From NCBI GenBank assembly GCA_021802545.1, contig JAJZRS010000006.1, forward strand, positions 9,308 to 73,307: a stretch of 64,000 nucleotides of DNA, read 5' to 3'. This stretch comes from Pseudomonadota bacterium (GTDB lineage Bacteria; Pseudomonadota; Gammaproteobacteria; Burkholderiales; JABEVD01). Of the stretch, positions 46,530 to 55,724 are shown one piece after another; position 1 is the first letter of the stretch; each line of letters opens with the position of its first letter. The notes under the pieces are model-generated. The model did no database searches, was not told the origin of the DNA, and saw nothing but the letters and a program-made list of their open reading frames with translations. Position numbers and translations under genes: made by a program.

Positions 46530-46688
46530 CATTTGGTGCGGATTTTGGGGCTTTCAGGTGCGCAATTTGCTTGCCTGCCGGGAATACCTTTAAGAAGGGC
46601 ATTCCTGTCGTGTTTCCTACATTCCGTTTCACCATTCCTGCGATTTCCGGGAGAACCTTTTTCCGCTGCGGCAAGGCATTGCGGGAGA

Positions 46689-47210
46689 ATGAACATGCAT
46701 GACGCATGGAAAAAAGAAGAATGGGTCATCTGGAACGGCTATTACGGCATCGTCACGGTGGGGACGCTGGGCAGGATAGAGGTGAATGAGGAGGGCAGAA
46801 GCGCATGGATGGATCTGCCCTACGACATGCTGGGGCCGTTCAAGCTGGACGAGCTCGAGTCGCACGGCAGGATCGAATTCGCCGCCTGCATCGTCATGTC
46901 GCGCAAAAGATGGCATGAAGACCAGGATGAGCTTCGCAGGGAATCCCTGGAAAAGCGCAGGGCTGCCCAGGCGCGCATGAACGATGAATTCTCGAACTTC
47001 TTCGGCGGGCATGGCGGCAAGCGCAAGTCATTCGACGAGAAGCAGCATCGGGAGGCACTGAATCTGCCGCTTGATGGGAAGCTCGATCCTTCCCAGATCA
47101 AGGCCGCTTTCAGGAGGCTCGCCCAGAAGGTCCATCCTGACATGGGAGGGACGGACGAAGCCTTCGTGCGCATCACGGAAGCGCGCAACGCGCTGCTCGA
47201 ATGGTCCTGA
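46689..47210 (+). CDS. J-domain (DnaJ-like) protein with C-terminal J domain
   Basis: The C-terminal LDPSQIKAAFRRLAQKVHPDMGG...F..I.EA...L carries the HPD motif. The start ATG 46689 follows GCGGGAG. The upstream part of the track ORF is rejected. Confidence 0.7.
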   Translation: MNMHDAWKKEEWVIWNGYYGIVTVGTLGRIEVNEEGRSAWMDLPYDMLGPFKLDELESHGRIEFAACIVMSRKRWHEDQDELRRESLEKRRAAQARMNDEFSNFFGGHGGKRKSFDEKQHREALNLPLDGKLDPSQIKAAFRRLAQKVHPDMGGTDEAFVRITEARNALLEWS

Positions 47211-47212
47211 AA

Positions 47213-47247
47213 ACCGGCAGCTCATAAGCCGATTCTGCCGGTTTTTT
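47213..47247 (+). terminator. Rho-independent terminator
   Basis: The hairpin ACCGGCAG..(14 nt)..CTGCCGGT followed by TTTTTT lies immediately after the J-domain gene stop. Confidence 0.7.
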
Positions 47248-47275
47248 CATGGTGCTGAACAGCCCTTTCCAGCAA

Positions 47276-47326
47276 GCGATAAAGCAGGCGATAAAGATTG
47301 AATTATCAACTCCGTTTCGGCATACT
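47276..47326 (+). promoter_or_regulatory. Tandem 9-nt direct repeats abutting a candidate promoter
   Basis: GCGATAAAG occurs at 47276-47284 and 47288-47296. TTGAAT (47298-47303), a 17-nt spacer and CATACT (47321-47326) follow. A CA-rich leader and the RBS AAGGGG lie downstream, before GTG 47375. Confidence 0.35.
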
Positions 47327-47374
47327 GGACAAAAGCAAAAGCAACAAAACAACAATTAAGTAAGGGGTTTTGCC

Positions 47375-49390
47375 GTGCATGAGACGTACAACAATTGGCT
47401 CAATGCCGAGCTTTCGGCTGCGCCTTTCGAACGCCAATCGCAAGACCCGAATCAGCTGCGAAATTCCCTGCTCCGTTTTCCGGCCGGAAGTCGAATCCAG
47501 AACTTCGCCAACTTTGCGTCCGCCATCGTCAAATCGGCCGGCCTGGCGCTTGCGCTCGCCGGCTGCGCAGCGCAAACCCACAACTTCATCGGGAGCGCAG
47601 ATCAATCGCAGCATGGGCAACAGCCCTTCGCGAACATGGTGGGCAAGCTCGATCCGAATCCGCCAAAGGGTGCATCGGAATCGCAGGTAAAGGCTGCAGA
47701 GGCAGTGCGCTTCATAGAGCAAGCGAAGCTGGCGGAAGCGAGCAAAACGATCAATGCCGCCTTGCAGCTGGACGATCGCAATTCCTATCTGCATTTCCTC
47801 AACGGGTTCATTTACCAGCTGCAGGCCAGGCAGGGCGATGCGCAAAAGAACATGATGGCCATCGAGGGGTACCGCCTGGCGCTGCGGCTTGATCCGGGCA
47901 ACTGGATCGCGCAGGAGTTCCTGGGACTGGCTTACATGGACATGAAACAGTTCGCGCAGGCAAAGGAGCAGTTCACGCAAGTGCTGCTCATGTCCCCCGA
48001 CAGCAAGGTCGCCATGAACGGGTTGATGCTCGCCTCCTATCTGACGGGTGATGTGGGCACGGCCTGCGCCATGGCCGATCAGTTCAGGCGGCACGCAGCG
48101 GCGCTCCCGCCCGAGTTCATCCGGTCGAGCGTTTCCGTGTACGCCTCATGCGGCGAATTCGGGAAGGCTGACCGCATGCGGGACGAGTTGGGCAAGCTCT
48201 CCACCGATCCCGATCTCGTTGCGGGAGTGAACCGTCGCCTATCTCAATGGAAGGATTACTACGGCGGGCGTCTCGAGCAAGTTGCGGATGCGTTTTCGAT
48301 AGTGAGCCGGCCGGCGCAGGACAAGAGCGAACTGCCTGCCGCACCACCGATGCCTGCCCCGACCCAGCCTGCTGCGCCATCAGAGCAGCCCCCTTCGCCC
48401 GTCGACCGCGCGCCTCAACCGGAAGGCAATCATGGCATGGTCCTGGTCGATGTGGTGATGCTGTCCACGCTGGAAACGATCACCACGTCCACAGGCGTCA
48501 ACCTGCTCAACGCGTTGACGCTACAGCTCGGCTCCGCGACGGCACCCGCATTTTCCAAAACCTTCAGCGGCTCCTTCGACGGGACGACGAACACTTCCAA
48601 CACGCAAATCACCCGGGCGGTGACGATCCCGGCGCTCTCTTATTCCCTGAACATCGCCAATGCGGTAAACAACGTGAACGAGGTGCTGGCAAGGCCAACG
48701 CTTGCCGCGATAGAAGGGCAGCCCTCCGAGTTTTTCGCTGGCAGCAATCTCAGCGCTGGCGTGCTTTCGACCACCACCCTGGGCAGCCCTTCGGTTGTTC
48801 CGGTGGACAAGCGGTTTGGCGTGCAGCTCGCAATCACGCCATCCTTCGAACCGAATGGAATGATCAAGCTGAAGGTCAACGCAAAGCGCACTTTCCTGAA
48901 TGCAACGCCGAACACAGGCAATTTTGCCTACCAGTACGACATCGACGAGACCTCGACCGACGCGAACGTGGTGATGAGGATGGGCGATACGCTGGTCCTC
49001 AGCGGCCTGAGCGAGAAGGAGACCACAAGCTCACGCAACGGCGTGCCGGTGCTGCAGGATGTGCCCATCGTCCAGTATCTCTTTTCAACGAAGCGCGACA
49101 TCGACTATCAGCGCTCGGTGCTGATACTGATCACGCCGCGCGCGCCTGTCTACGCCGACAAGGCCGAGCCGAGCCCAACCGGCCGCACGAGCGAAAGCCT
49201 GAAAGCCCTGCGCAGGAGAATGGGCTTTTCCGGCGCAATGCCTTCCAACATCGATTCCATCGTGAACCACATGAAAACAACTGATTTCTACAGGCAGTTC
49301 CGGCAAACGGACGTCGTCATGGAAAAATGGGATCGCAGCCGCACGACTGCGGATCGGCTGCGCCAGGCGCTCGATTTTCTCTACTACTGA
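47375..49390 (+). CDS. TPR-repeat lipoprotein fused to a secretin (type II/III secretion system family) C-terminal domain
   Basis: It has a lipobox LALAGC (Cys codon 47564-47566) and TPR-like repeats (residues ~100-290). A Pro-rich linker leads to the secretin core (MVLVDVVMLS..., GVPVLQDVPIVQYLFS...SVLILITPR). GTG start 47375 has an RBS, but the signal peptide is unusually far from it. Confidence 0.75.
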   Translation: MHETYNNWLNAELSAAPFERQSQDPNQLRNSLLRFPAGSRIQNFANFASAIVKSAGLALALAGCAAQTHNFIGSADQSQHGQQPFANMVGKLDPNPPKGASESQVKAAEAVRFIEQAKLAEASKTINAALQLDDRNSYLHFLNGFIYQLQARQGDAQKNMMAIEGYRLALRLDPGNWIAQEFLGLAYMDMKQFAQAKEQFTQVLLMSPDSKVAMNGLMLASYLTGDVGTACAMADQFRRHAAALPPEFIRSSVSVYASCGEFGKADRMRDELGKLSTDPDLVAGVNRRLSQWKDYYGGRLEQVADAFSIVSRPAQDKSELPAAPPMPAPTQPAAPSEQPPSPVDRAPQPEGNHGMVLVDVVMLSTLETITTSTGVNLLNALTLQLGSATAPAFSKTFSGSFDGTTNTSNTQITRAVTIPALSYSLNIANAVNNVNEVLARPTLAAIEGQPSEFFAGSNLSAGVLSTTTLGSPSVVPVDKRFGVQLAITPSFEPNGMIKLKVNAKRTFLNATPNTGNFAYQYDIDETSTDANVVMRMGDTLVLSGLSEKETTSSRNGVPVLQDVPIVQYLFSTKRDIDYQRSVLILITPRAPVYADKAEPSPTGRTSESLKALRRRMGFSGAMPSNIDSIVNHMKTTDFYRQFRQTDVVMEKWDRSRTTADRLRQALDFLYY

Positions 49391-49434
49391 CAACTGACGC
49401 GCCAATCGCATACCGTTAAAAAAGAGGGGAATGA

Positions 49435-52134
49435 ATGAAGATCCGAACAGCATGCCTGGCCGCATTGTTCAATCTGGCCTTGCTCGCCACGCCGATGGCC
49501 CATGCGGACACATCGAGTTCCAAGGCGCCAATCAGCGACAACCTGAAGAAGATACTCTCCCTGATACCGGTACCCGGCATCAAGGGGGCGATGAACGGCC
49601 TGGTCGACGGGCTGAAGAAAGGTCAAAACGGCGGCTACGCCGCGAAAGCGACCGCGAACGGCGTGCCGCTGCAGCTTTATTTCTTCGGCAGCGGCGTGAG
49701 CCAGGCGGCCCTGCTGGTGGTGGACCACGAGATCGATGTGCCGCCCGTCTTCAACAACAAAGCATGGAAAAAACTGGCGGGCGCAAAGCTTTCAGGCACC
49801 ATCTTTTCCTTTTCAACGACAGACTTCGCACTGGATGTGAGCCAGATGCCGGCCGACTTCAGGCAAGTCGTCGCTCGCGACTACTTCAACGTGAGCTCGC
49901 TCAATTTCTCAAGCGGCGCCCAGGTCGCGGCCAGGATTGCGCTGGGCGGCGACATGAAGAAGGTCGTCGAGCAGGACCTGCATTTCACCGTGAAAGATTT
50001 CACGCTGCGCGCAGGCGTCGTTGTGCCGGTTCCGACCGATGCTGCCGGCAGCGCATCGCTCGTTGCATCGATGCTGGCTGACCTGAAGAATGTGGACAAG
50101 ACGCTGAAGGACCAGCCTGACTTTTTCGTCGAGTTCCAGCCGGCTCCGGGTACCCGCATCCAAGCTCCGCTCGGCATGAGCCAGCTGGTGCTCACGGACG
50201 CGACGATTTCGCTCACCGGCCATCTCGTGCTCGGCTTCCGGGGCAACATGTTCGTGCCGAGCGGAAAGAAATTCATCACCTTCTTCAATACGCCCCTGAC
50301 CCCGGCGGGGGTCATGGATTTCGGGGACTTCGAGTTCGGCATGGCTGCCCAGACCGCCACGCTGAGGGAGTTGGCCGAGTTGAGCCTGTGCCTGAACCCC
50401 GCGAGCCCCAAAGTGCCTGGCGGCAGCTTCATCAAGGGCATCGGCACATACAGGAACCAGCTCAATGCGCTGCTGAAGCCCCTGTCGGTGTTCGAGATCG
50501 AGAATCCCAACCAGGTCGGGGAATACGAGTTCGGCAACAAGAACAAGCCTTTCCCTCCCAAGAGCGCGTTCAACATACTCGTGCTCGGCCCGCTCGCCAG
50601 CTCGACAGATTCCAACGGCCAATCGCTCTCCGGACCGTATCTCCAGGCCCTCGGCAACGTGAGCGTGCTGAAGCAGAAGATGGGCAGCTTCAGGCTCACG
50701 GTGGGCCAGACCGGGCTGCACGGCTGGGTCGCGTCGGGACTCAATCTCAAGATGGGGCCGCTCGGCAGGCAGAACATCAGCATGCGGGCGAGCGCAGACA
50801 TCACCCAGGACAAGCAGCTGATGCTCGTGCATGGCGATCTGCTGGGCCGCAAGCTTGACGTGAGCATGGACGCCAACAGCCTCTCCATCGACAGCCCTGC
50901 GACCTGCGCCACGCCATTCGAGCTCGAAGAGCATCTCGACTTCCAGTCCGTGGCCACCCCGGATCTCTCGGCCCTGCTCGACAATCTACCCGGCGTGAAC
51001 GTCGACCCGTCGAAACTCGCCGGCTGCGTCGGAGCCGACCTGAAGAGCGCGTACCAGTGGGTGGCCGGCACCGGCAGCTCCCTCGGGGGATATACTGCGA
51101 ACCAGGCCAATCAGCAGCTGAAGAACATTGCCGATCAGGAAGCTGCAGCAGCGAAGGCCGCCCAGGATGCGTACAATGCCGCGAAGGATGCGGCCCGTCA
51201 GAAGGCGAACCAGGCAACGAACGATGCCATGAACGCCTTCAGGGATGCCGGCAACGCATTCAGGAAGCTGGGGGGCAAGAAGCACAAGCACCACAGCGGC
51301 CCCGATCCGAGATTCGCTGAGTCGGTTTTCAACTGGAGTTACTACTACGACCACAATCCCGATCTCGTCAAGGCTGGGGTCGACCTGGCGACGCATTGGC
51401 GGGACCATGGCTTCCAGGAGGGAAGGCAGGGCAGCCTCGAATTCAACGCCAGGTATTACCTCAGCCGTTATCCTGACGTGCAGCAGCAGTGCGGAAGCGA
51501 TTTGCTGTGCGCAACCAAGCATTGGCTATTCGGCGGCGGCATCGACCAGGGCCGTCAGGGCAGCCCCGATTTCAACGTCTATGACTACCTCAACCGGTAT
51601 CCTGACCTGCAGCAGGCATTCGGCCGGGACAATTATGCCGATGCGCTGGATCACTGGATCAATCATGGCCACGAAGAAGGACGCGACGGCAGCCCGGCTT
51701 CGTCCTACGCCGGCCCGGTTTCGGCGCCGGTGATCGCGGGAGGCGGCAGAGGCAACGACTGGAGCGATGCCGACGTGTGCGCGGGCTCGTTTGTGTCCGC
51801 AATCCACATGCGCTCGGCCCGCAACATCGATGGCATTGAATTCGGCTACGCCGGCCGCGGCTGGGCGCCCCCCCGCGGCTATACGGGGGGCAATCCCACA
51901 GCAGACGTGTATCTCGGGCCTGGCGAATATATCGTCAGGGTGGACTATGGCGGCCTCAATCCCATCGATTACCTGAAGTTCACGAGCAACCTCGGAAAAG
52001 TCTACGGGCCTTACGGATCGGGAAGTCCCGCGGGCAGTTACGAGGTGACGCCTGGGGAGAAGCTGGGCTGTGTGTCGGGGCGCGACGACAAGCACATCGA
52101 ACGACTCATCTTTTCTTCGACCGGGCCCCACTGA
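49435..52134 (+). CDS. Large secreted mosaic protein: unknown N-domain, Ala/Gln coiled segment, 3 short repeats, C-terminal jacalin-like lectin domain
   Basis: It has a Sec signal MKIRTACLAALFNLALLATPMAHA. A three-fold repeat Y..(R)YPD(L/V)QQ..G......H(W)...G..EGR.GS is present. The C-terminus GGG.GNDW....I..I......IDGIEFGY......G..GG......L.PGEYI..V......I..L.F.SN.G...GP.G resembles jacalin-type lectins. Confidence 0.7.
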   Translation: MKIRTACLAALFNLALLATPMAHADTSSSKAPISDNLKKILSLIPVPGIKGAMNGLVDGLKKGQNGGYAAKATANGVPLQLYFFGSGVSQAALLVVDHEIDVPPVFNNKAWKKLAGAKLSGTIFSFSTTDFALDVSQMPADFRQVVARDYFNVSSLNFSSGAQVAARIALGGDMKKVVEQDLHFTVKDFTLRAGVVVPVPTDAAGSASLVASMLADLKNVDKTLKDQPDFFVEFQPAPGTRIQAPLGMSQLVLTDATISLTGHLVLGFRGNMFVPSGKKFITFFNTPLTPAGVMDFGDFEFGMAAQTATLRELAELSLCLNPASPKVPGGSFIKGIGTYRNQLNALLKPLSVFEIENPNQVGEYEFGNKNKPFPPKSAFNILVLGPLASSTDSNGQSLSGPYLQALGNVSVLKQKMGSFRLTVGQTGLHGWVASGLNLKMGPLGRQNISMRASADITQDKQLMLVHGDLLGRKLDVSMDANSLSIDSPATCATPFELEEHLDFQSVATPDLSALLDNLPGVNVDPSKLAGCVGADLKSAYQWVAGTGSSLGGYTANQANQQLKNIADQEAAAAKAAQDAYNAAKDAARQKANQATNDAMNAFRDAGNAFRKLGGKKHKHHSGPDPRFAESVFNWSYYYDHNPDLVKAGVDLATHWRDHGFQEGRQGSLEFNARYYLSRYPDVQQQCGSDLLCATKHWLFGGGIDQGRQGSPDFNVYDYLNRYPDLQQAFGRDNYADALDHWINHGHEEGRDGSPASSYAGPVSAPVIAGGGRGNDWSDADVCAGSFVSAIHMRSARNIDGIEFGYAGRGWAPPRGYTGGNPTADVYLGPGEYIVRVDYGGLNPIDYLKFTSNLGKVYGPYGSGSPAGSYEVTPGEKLGCVSGRDDKHIERLIFSSTGPH

Positions 52135-52160
52135 CCAGAATGTGATTCCTGGAAAGCAGC

Positions 52161-52194
52161 AAGGGGTTGATCGGAAGATCAACCCCTTGTTTTA
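52161..52194 (+). terminator. Rho-independent terminator
   Basis: The hairpin AAGGGGTTGATC-GGAA-GATCAACCCCTT is followed by GTTTTAT. Confidence 0.7.
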
Positions 52195-52215
52195 TCTGGC
52201 TCCCCGACCTGGACT
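52195..52215 (-). repeat. tRNA-Asn 3'-end fragment A (att-like direct repeat)
   Basis: TCTGGCTCCCCGACCTGGACT is identical over 21 nt to 61344-61364 (tRNA 3' end plus 2 flanking nt). Confidence 0.8.
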
Positions 52216-52364
52216 GGTTGGCGATTAAACGGCCGGCATCCGAATCGTGCAACCGGCGCTTGCGCGCAACATCCCGTTCCAAGACGGCCGGAAGATTCGC
52301 TGCAATTTACAGCGCTGCAATCGCTGGGGTACGATGAATCCATTTGCAATTTGGAAAATTTCAC

Positions 52365-55262
52365 ATGACGACATCGGGTGAAAGGTTCTCGGACTCCCTA
52401 CCCGACATGGGTTCTCTCGTGCAAGGTTTGTTGGGCGAATCGGACAAGCTTTTGCTTGGATTGCTGAATAATGAGCTGATCGGCATCTATGTTATTCAGA
52501 ACAACCAGTTCCGCTATGTGAACTCGCGTTTCGCAGCGATGTTCGGGTACACGCAGGAAGAACTTTGCTGCGGAATGGGCCCGCTCGATTTAACCGTTCC
52601 GGAATACCGGCTGCTGGCCAGTCAAGAAATTGAGAGGCGTATCCAGAACGAAGCCAAGAGCAGCCACTATTCCTTCGAAAGCTTGCACAAGGATGGCAGC
52701 AGGCTTCATATAGAAGTGTTCGGCTGCCGCACCGAACTGGATGGGCGGCCGGCAATCATTGGCATGCTGATCGACAACACCGAACGTCGCAAGGCCGAAC
52801 TTGAAGTGAAGGAGCAGCTTCATTTCACCGCACAACTGATAGATGCCATCCCCAACCCCATCTTCTACAAGGATGAGCATGGCCGTTATCTGGGCTGCAA
52901 TAGTGCCTTCGAGCAGATGATCGGATGCCGGCGCGATGAAATATTGGGAAAAACAGTCTACGAACTTTCACCCAGGGAGCTTGCGGATGTCTATTATGCA
53001 GCCGACAAGTCATTGTTCGACAACCCGGGTATCCAGCGCTACGAAGCCACTGTCAGGTCCGGCGGCGGCGAACATAGGGACGTGTTGTTCAATAAAGCCA
53101 CCTTCAACAAATCCGACGATAGCCTGGGCGGTTTGGTGGGCATCATACTCGACATTACCGAACGCAAGCATATGGAAAATGCGTTGATGCAGCGCGAGCG
53201 GGAATATCGCACCCTGGTGGAAAACACGCACGATGTCGTGGTGCGATTCGACAGTGATTGCCGCCGCATCTACGTAAACAAAGCCTGGGAACGGGTCAAT
53301 GGCGTTCCTGCATCAGTGGTGCTCGGCAAATCCCCGAAAGAGGCTTCTGTCACCGTAAAATCGATTGCAGGGGATTATGAAAGGGTGGTGCGTGAGGTCA
53401 TTGCAAGCGGGCAGCCCGGCAAGCTGGATTTGACGTGGCGCAGCGAGGAAGGCGAGTTGTTTTGCTTTGCGATGACTGCAATTCCGGAATTCGACAGCAG
53501 CGGCAAGCCAATCACGGTATTGACAGTGGGGCGCGACATCACCAATCGCAAGCGGATGGAGGAAGAATTGGCTGCCCGCGAACAGGAGTGGCGTACCCTG
53601 GTTGAAAACTCCCCTGACACCATTGCCCGTTACGACCGCGATTGCCGGCGCATTTACGTCAATCCTGCATTTTGTGCGTTGACCGAAGGCGGCGCTGATG
53701 CGCTGCTGAACAAGAAGCCTTCAGAGTATCCCGGTGGGGCAATTTCTGTCAGTTACGAGGCCAACATCCGGGAAGTATTTGCGACCGGGAAGGATGCGGA
53801 GTTCGAATTGAACTGGAAAGACAAGACGGGCAACGAACTATGCAGCATCATTCGCCTGACGCCGGAAAAGGATCTGTCAGGCAAGGTGGTGACGGTCATG
53901 GGAGTGGGGCACGACATCTCCGAGCTGAACATGCAGCGCAAGGCAATCCATCAGATGGCGTTCTACGACATGTTGACCCAGCTTCCCAATCGGCGGCTTT
54001 TTCTGGACAGGCTGCAGCACGCATTGAATTCCAGCGCCCGCACCGGTCAGCACGGTTCGCTGCTGTTCCTGGATCTGGATAATTTCAAGACGCTCAACGA
54101 TTCGCTCGGCCATGATATCGGAGACATGTTGCTGCAACAGGTTGCGCAGAAGCTGACAACCTGCGTGCGCGAGTGCGACACCGTGGCGCGCATCGGCGGC
54201 GACGAGTTCGTCATCATCATGGAGAGCCTCAGCAAGGATCCCTTCGAAGCAGCTGCACAAACCGAAACGGTCGCAGAGAAGATACTGTTGTCCTTGAATT
54301 CCCCTTATCGCCTCGACAAGCATGAAGTCAGCACATCCTCCAGCATCGGAATCACCCTGTTCAGCAGTCACGAGCAGAAAATAGAGGAGCTGTGCAAACA
54401 GGCTGATATCGCCATGTACCAGGCCAAAAACACGGGCCGCAACAGCCACCGGTTTTTTGATCCGAAAATGCAGGATGCCGTCAACGCCCGCGTTGCATTA
54501 GGGAGCGAATTACGCAAGGCGATCGAAAATGGCGAGTTTCAGCTTCACTATCAAATTCAGGTTGATCGATCGGGCAGCCCCACGGGAGCCGAGGCGCTGA
54601 TCCGCTGGATTCATCCCGAGCGCGGCGTCGTATCCCCTGCGCAATTTATCCACCTTGCCGAAGAAACCGGCCTGATGCTGCCCATCGGGCAATGGGTTCT
54701 GGAGACGGCATGCGCGCAATTGCGGAAATGGCAGGAGAATGCGCTTACAAGAAACATTGTTCTGGCGGTGAACGTCAGCGCAAAACAGTTCCATCAGCCC
54801 AATTTCGTCGATCAGGTTCGGGAAGCGGTGCGGCGCCATGCCGTCAAGCCGGATCTGCTCAAACTGGAGCTGACAGAAAGCTTCTTTCTGGAGAACATCC
54901 AGGACGCGATCGCCACCATGAATACATTGAAGGAGATCCGCATCCAGTTCTCCCTGGACGACTTCGGCACCGGCTATTCTTCGCTGCAATACCTCAAGCG
55001 GCTGCCGCTTGACCAACTCAAGATCGACCAGTCGTTTGTACGCGACATTGCGGTCGACAGCAGCGACAAGGCGATCGTGAGCACCGTCATCGCGATGGCG
55101 CAAAGCATGAATCTCGATGTCATCGCCGAAGGGGTGGAAACTGAAAACCAGCTGCAATTTCTCCAGGAAAAGGGATGCAACCAATATCAGGGATACTTCT
55201 TCGGAAAACCAGTGCCGATCGAACAGTTCGAAGCATCATTAATACAGGCTTCCCGATCTTGA
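52365..55262 (+). CDS. Multi-PAS - GGDEF - EAL signalling protein
   Basis: It has four PAS-like blocks, GGDEF intact (ARIGGDEFVI) and EAL intact ([36 protein letters not shown]). ATG 52365 is preferred over the TTG at 52344. Confidence 0.9.
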   Translation: MTTSGERFSDSLPDMGSLVQGLLGESDKLLLGLLNNELIGIYVIQNNQFRYVNSRFAAMFGYTQEELCCGMGPLDLTVPEYRLLASQEIERRIQNEAKSSHYSFESLHKDGSRLHIEVFGCRTELDGRPAIIGMLIDNTERRKAELEVKEQLHFTAQLIDAIPNPIFYKDEHGRYLGCNSAFEQMIGCRRDEILGKTVYELSPRELADVYYAADKSLFDNPGIQRYEATVRSGGGEHRDVLFNKATFNKSDDSLGGLVGIILDITERKHMENALMQREREYRTLVENTHDVVVRFDSDCRRIYVNKAWERVNGVPASVVLGKSPKEASVTVKSIAGDYERVVREVIASGQPGKLDLTWRSEEGELFCFAMTAIPEFDSSGKPITVLTVGRDITNRKRMEEELAAREQEWRTLVENSPDTIARYDRDCRRIYVNPAFCALTEGGADALLNKKPSEYPGGAISVSYEANIREVFATGKDAEFELNWKDKTGNELCSIIRLTPEKDLSGKVVTVMGVGHDISELNMQRKAIHQMAFYDMLTQLPNRRLFLDRLQHALNSSARTGQHGSLLFLDLDNFKTLNDSLGHDIGDMLLQQVAQKLTTCVRECDTVARIGGDEFVIIMESLSKDPFEAAAQTETVAEKILLSLNSPYRLDKHEVSTSSSIGITLFSSHEQKIEELCKQADIAMYQAKNTGRNSHRFFDPKMQDAVNARVALGSELRKAIENGEFQLHYQIQVDRSGSPTGAEALIRWIHPERGVVSPAQFIHLAEETGLMLPIGQWVLETACAQLRKWQENALTRNIVLAVNVSAKQFHQPNFVDQVREAVRRHAVKPDLLKLELTESFFLENIQDAIATMNTLKEIRIQFSLDDFGTGYSSLQYLKRLPLDQLKIDQSFVRDIAVDSSDKAIVSTVIAMAQSMNLDVIAEGVETENQLQFLQEKGCNQYQGYFFGKPVPIEQFEASLIQASRS

Positions 55263-55292
55263 CTCGAACCGGGGGCTGAGGATTGACAGTCC
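55247..55292 (-). repeat. tRNA-Asn 3'-half fragment B (degenerate)
   Basis: A hand alignment to the tRNA 3' end through the anticodon arm gives 39 matches over 47 tRNA positions with one gap. It includes GACTCGAACC and GATTGACAGTCC (GATTAACAGTCC in the tRNA). Confidence 0.7.
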
Positions 55293-55724
55293 TATCAGTC
55301 GATCCAGTATTTATGCGGGTTTGAGGCCAACCGTGGCTCCGTGAAATCTAAATGCCCCTTTGTTTTTCAACCCTTTGTTGACTGTGCGGAGCGGCTGAAA
55401 TGTGTCCAATTCCGCTGTTCGCTTCGCCATGGGTTAACCGGCAGCTATCAGAATCGAGCCGACACACAATATGCCAACTCATTGGCAATGCCTCGGTCAA
55501 AGCATCCGGTCGCGGATTATTGCCAACCTTTTCAAGCCAGGCAATTGATAGGGGATATCGCACTAGCTCAAAAGTGGCTCTACCCGTACCTAGGCAAAAG
55601 AATGGTGATGACACCATCAAATAGCATTCCTACAGTTTCACAATTTGATGATCTCCTGTAGAGTCTGAAAGACGTTATTTCAACAAGCTCGAAACTGCCC
55701 ATCAAATTGGAGCGTTTGCCGCTA

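Noticed and set aside
46311-46707. Track ORFs 46311-46499(+), 46364-46702(+), 46351-46707(-) and 46529-46729(-) in the gene-poor gap.
   Set aside because: They are mutually overlapping, lack SD sequences and run through an obvious terminator hairpin. The 32-codon ORF with a strong SD in a different frame explains the region better.
55341-55661. 106-aa ORF (and the antisense 90-aa ORF 55348-55620) in the 444-nt gap between tRNA fragment B and the next GGDEF-EAL gene. I considered it as a possible integrase remnant.
   Set aside because: It has no SD and no tyrosine- or serine-recombinase motifs (R..H-x-x-R..Y, or the catalytic Ser block) in any frame I translated. The sequence looks like decayed non-coding DNA. 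A tblastn or profile search could still reveal a remnant.
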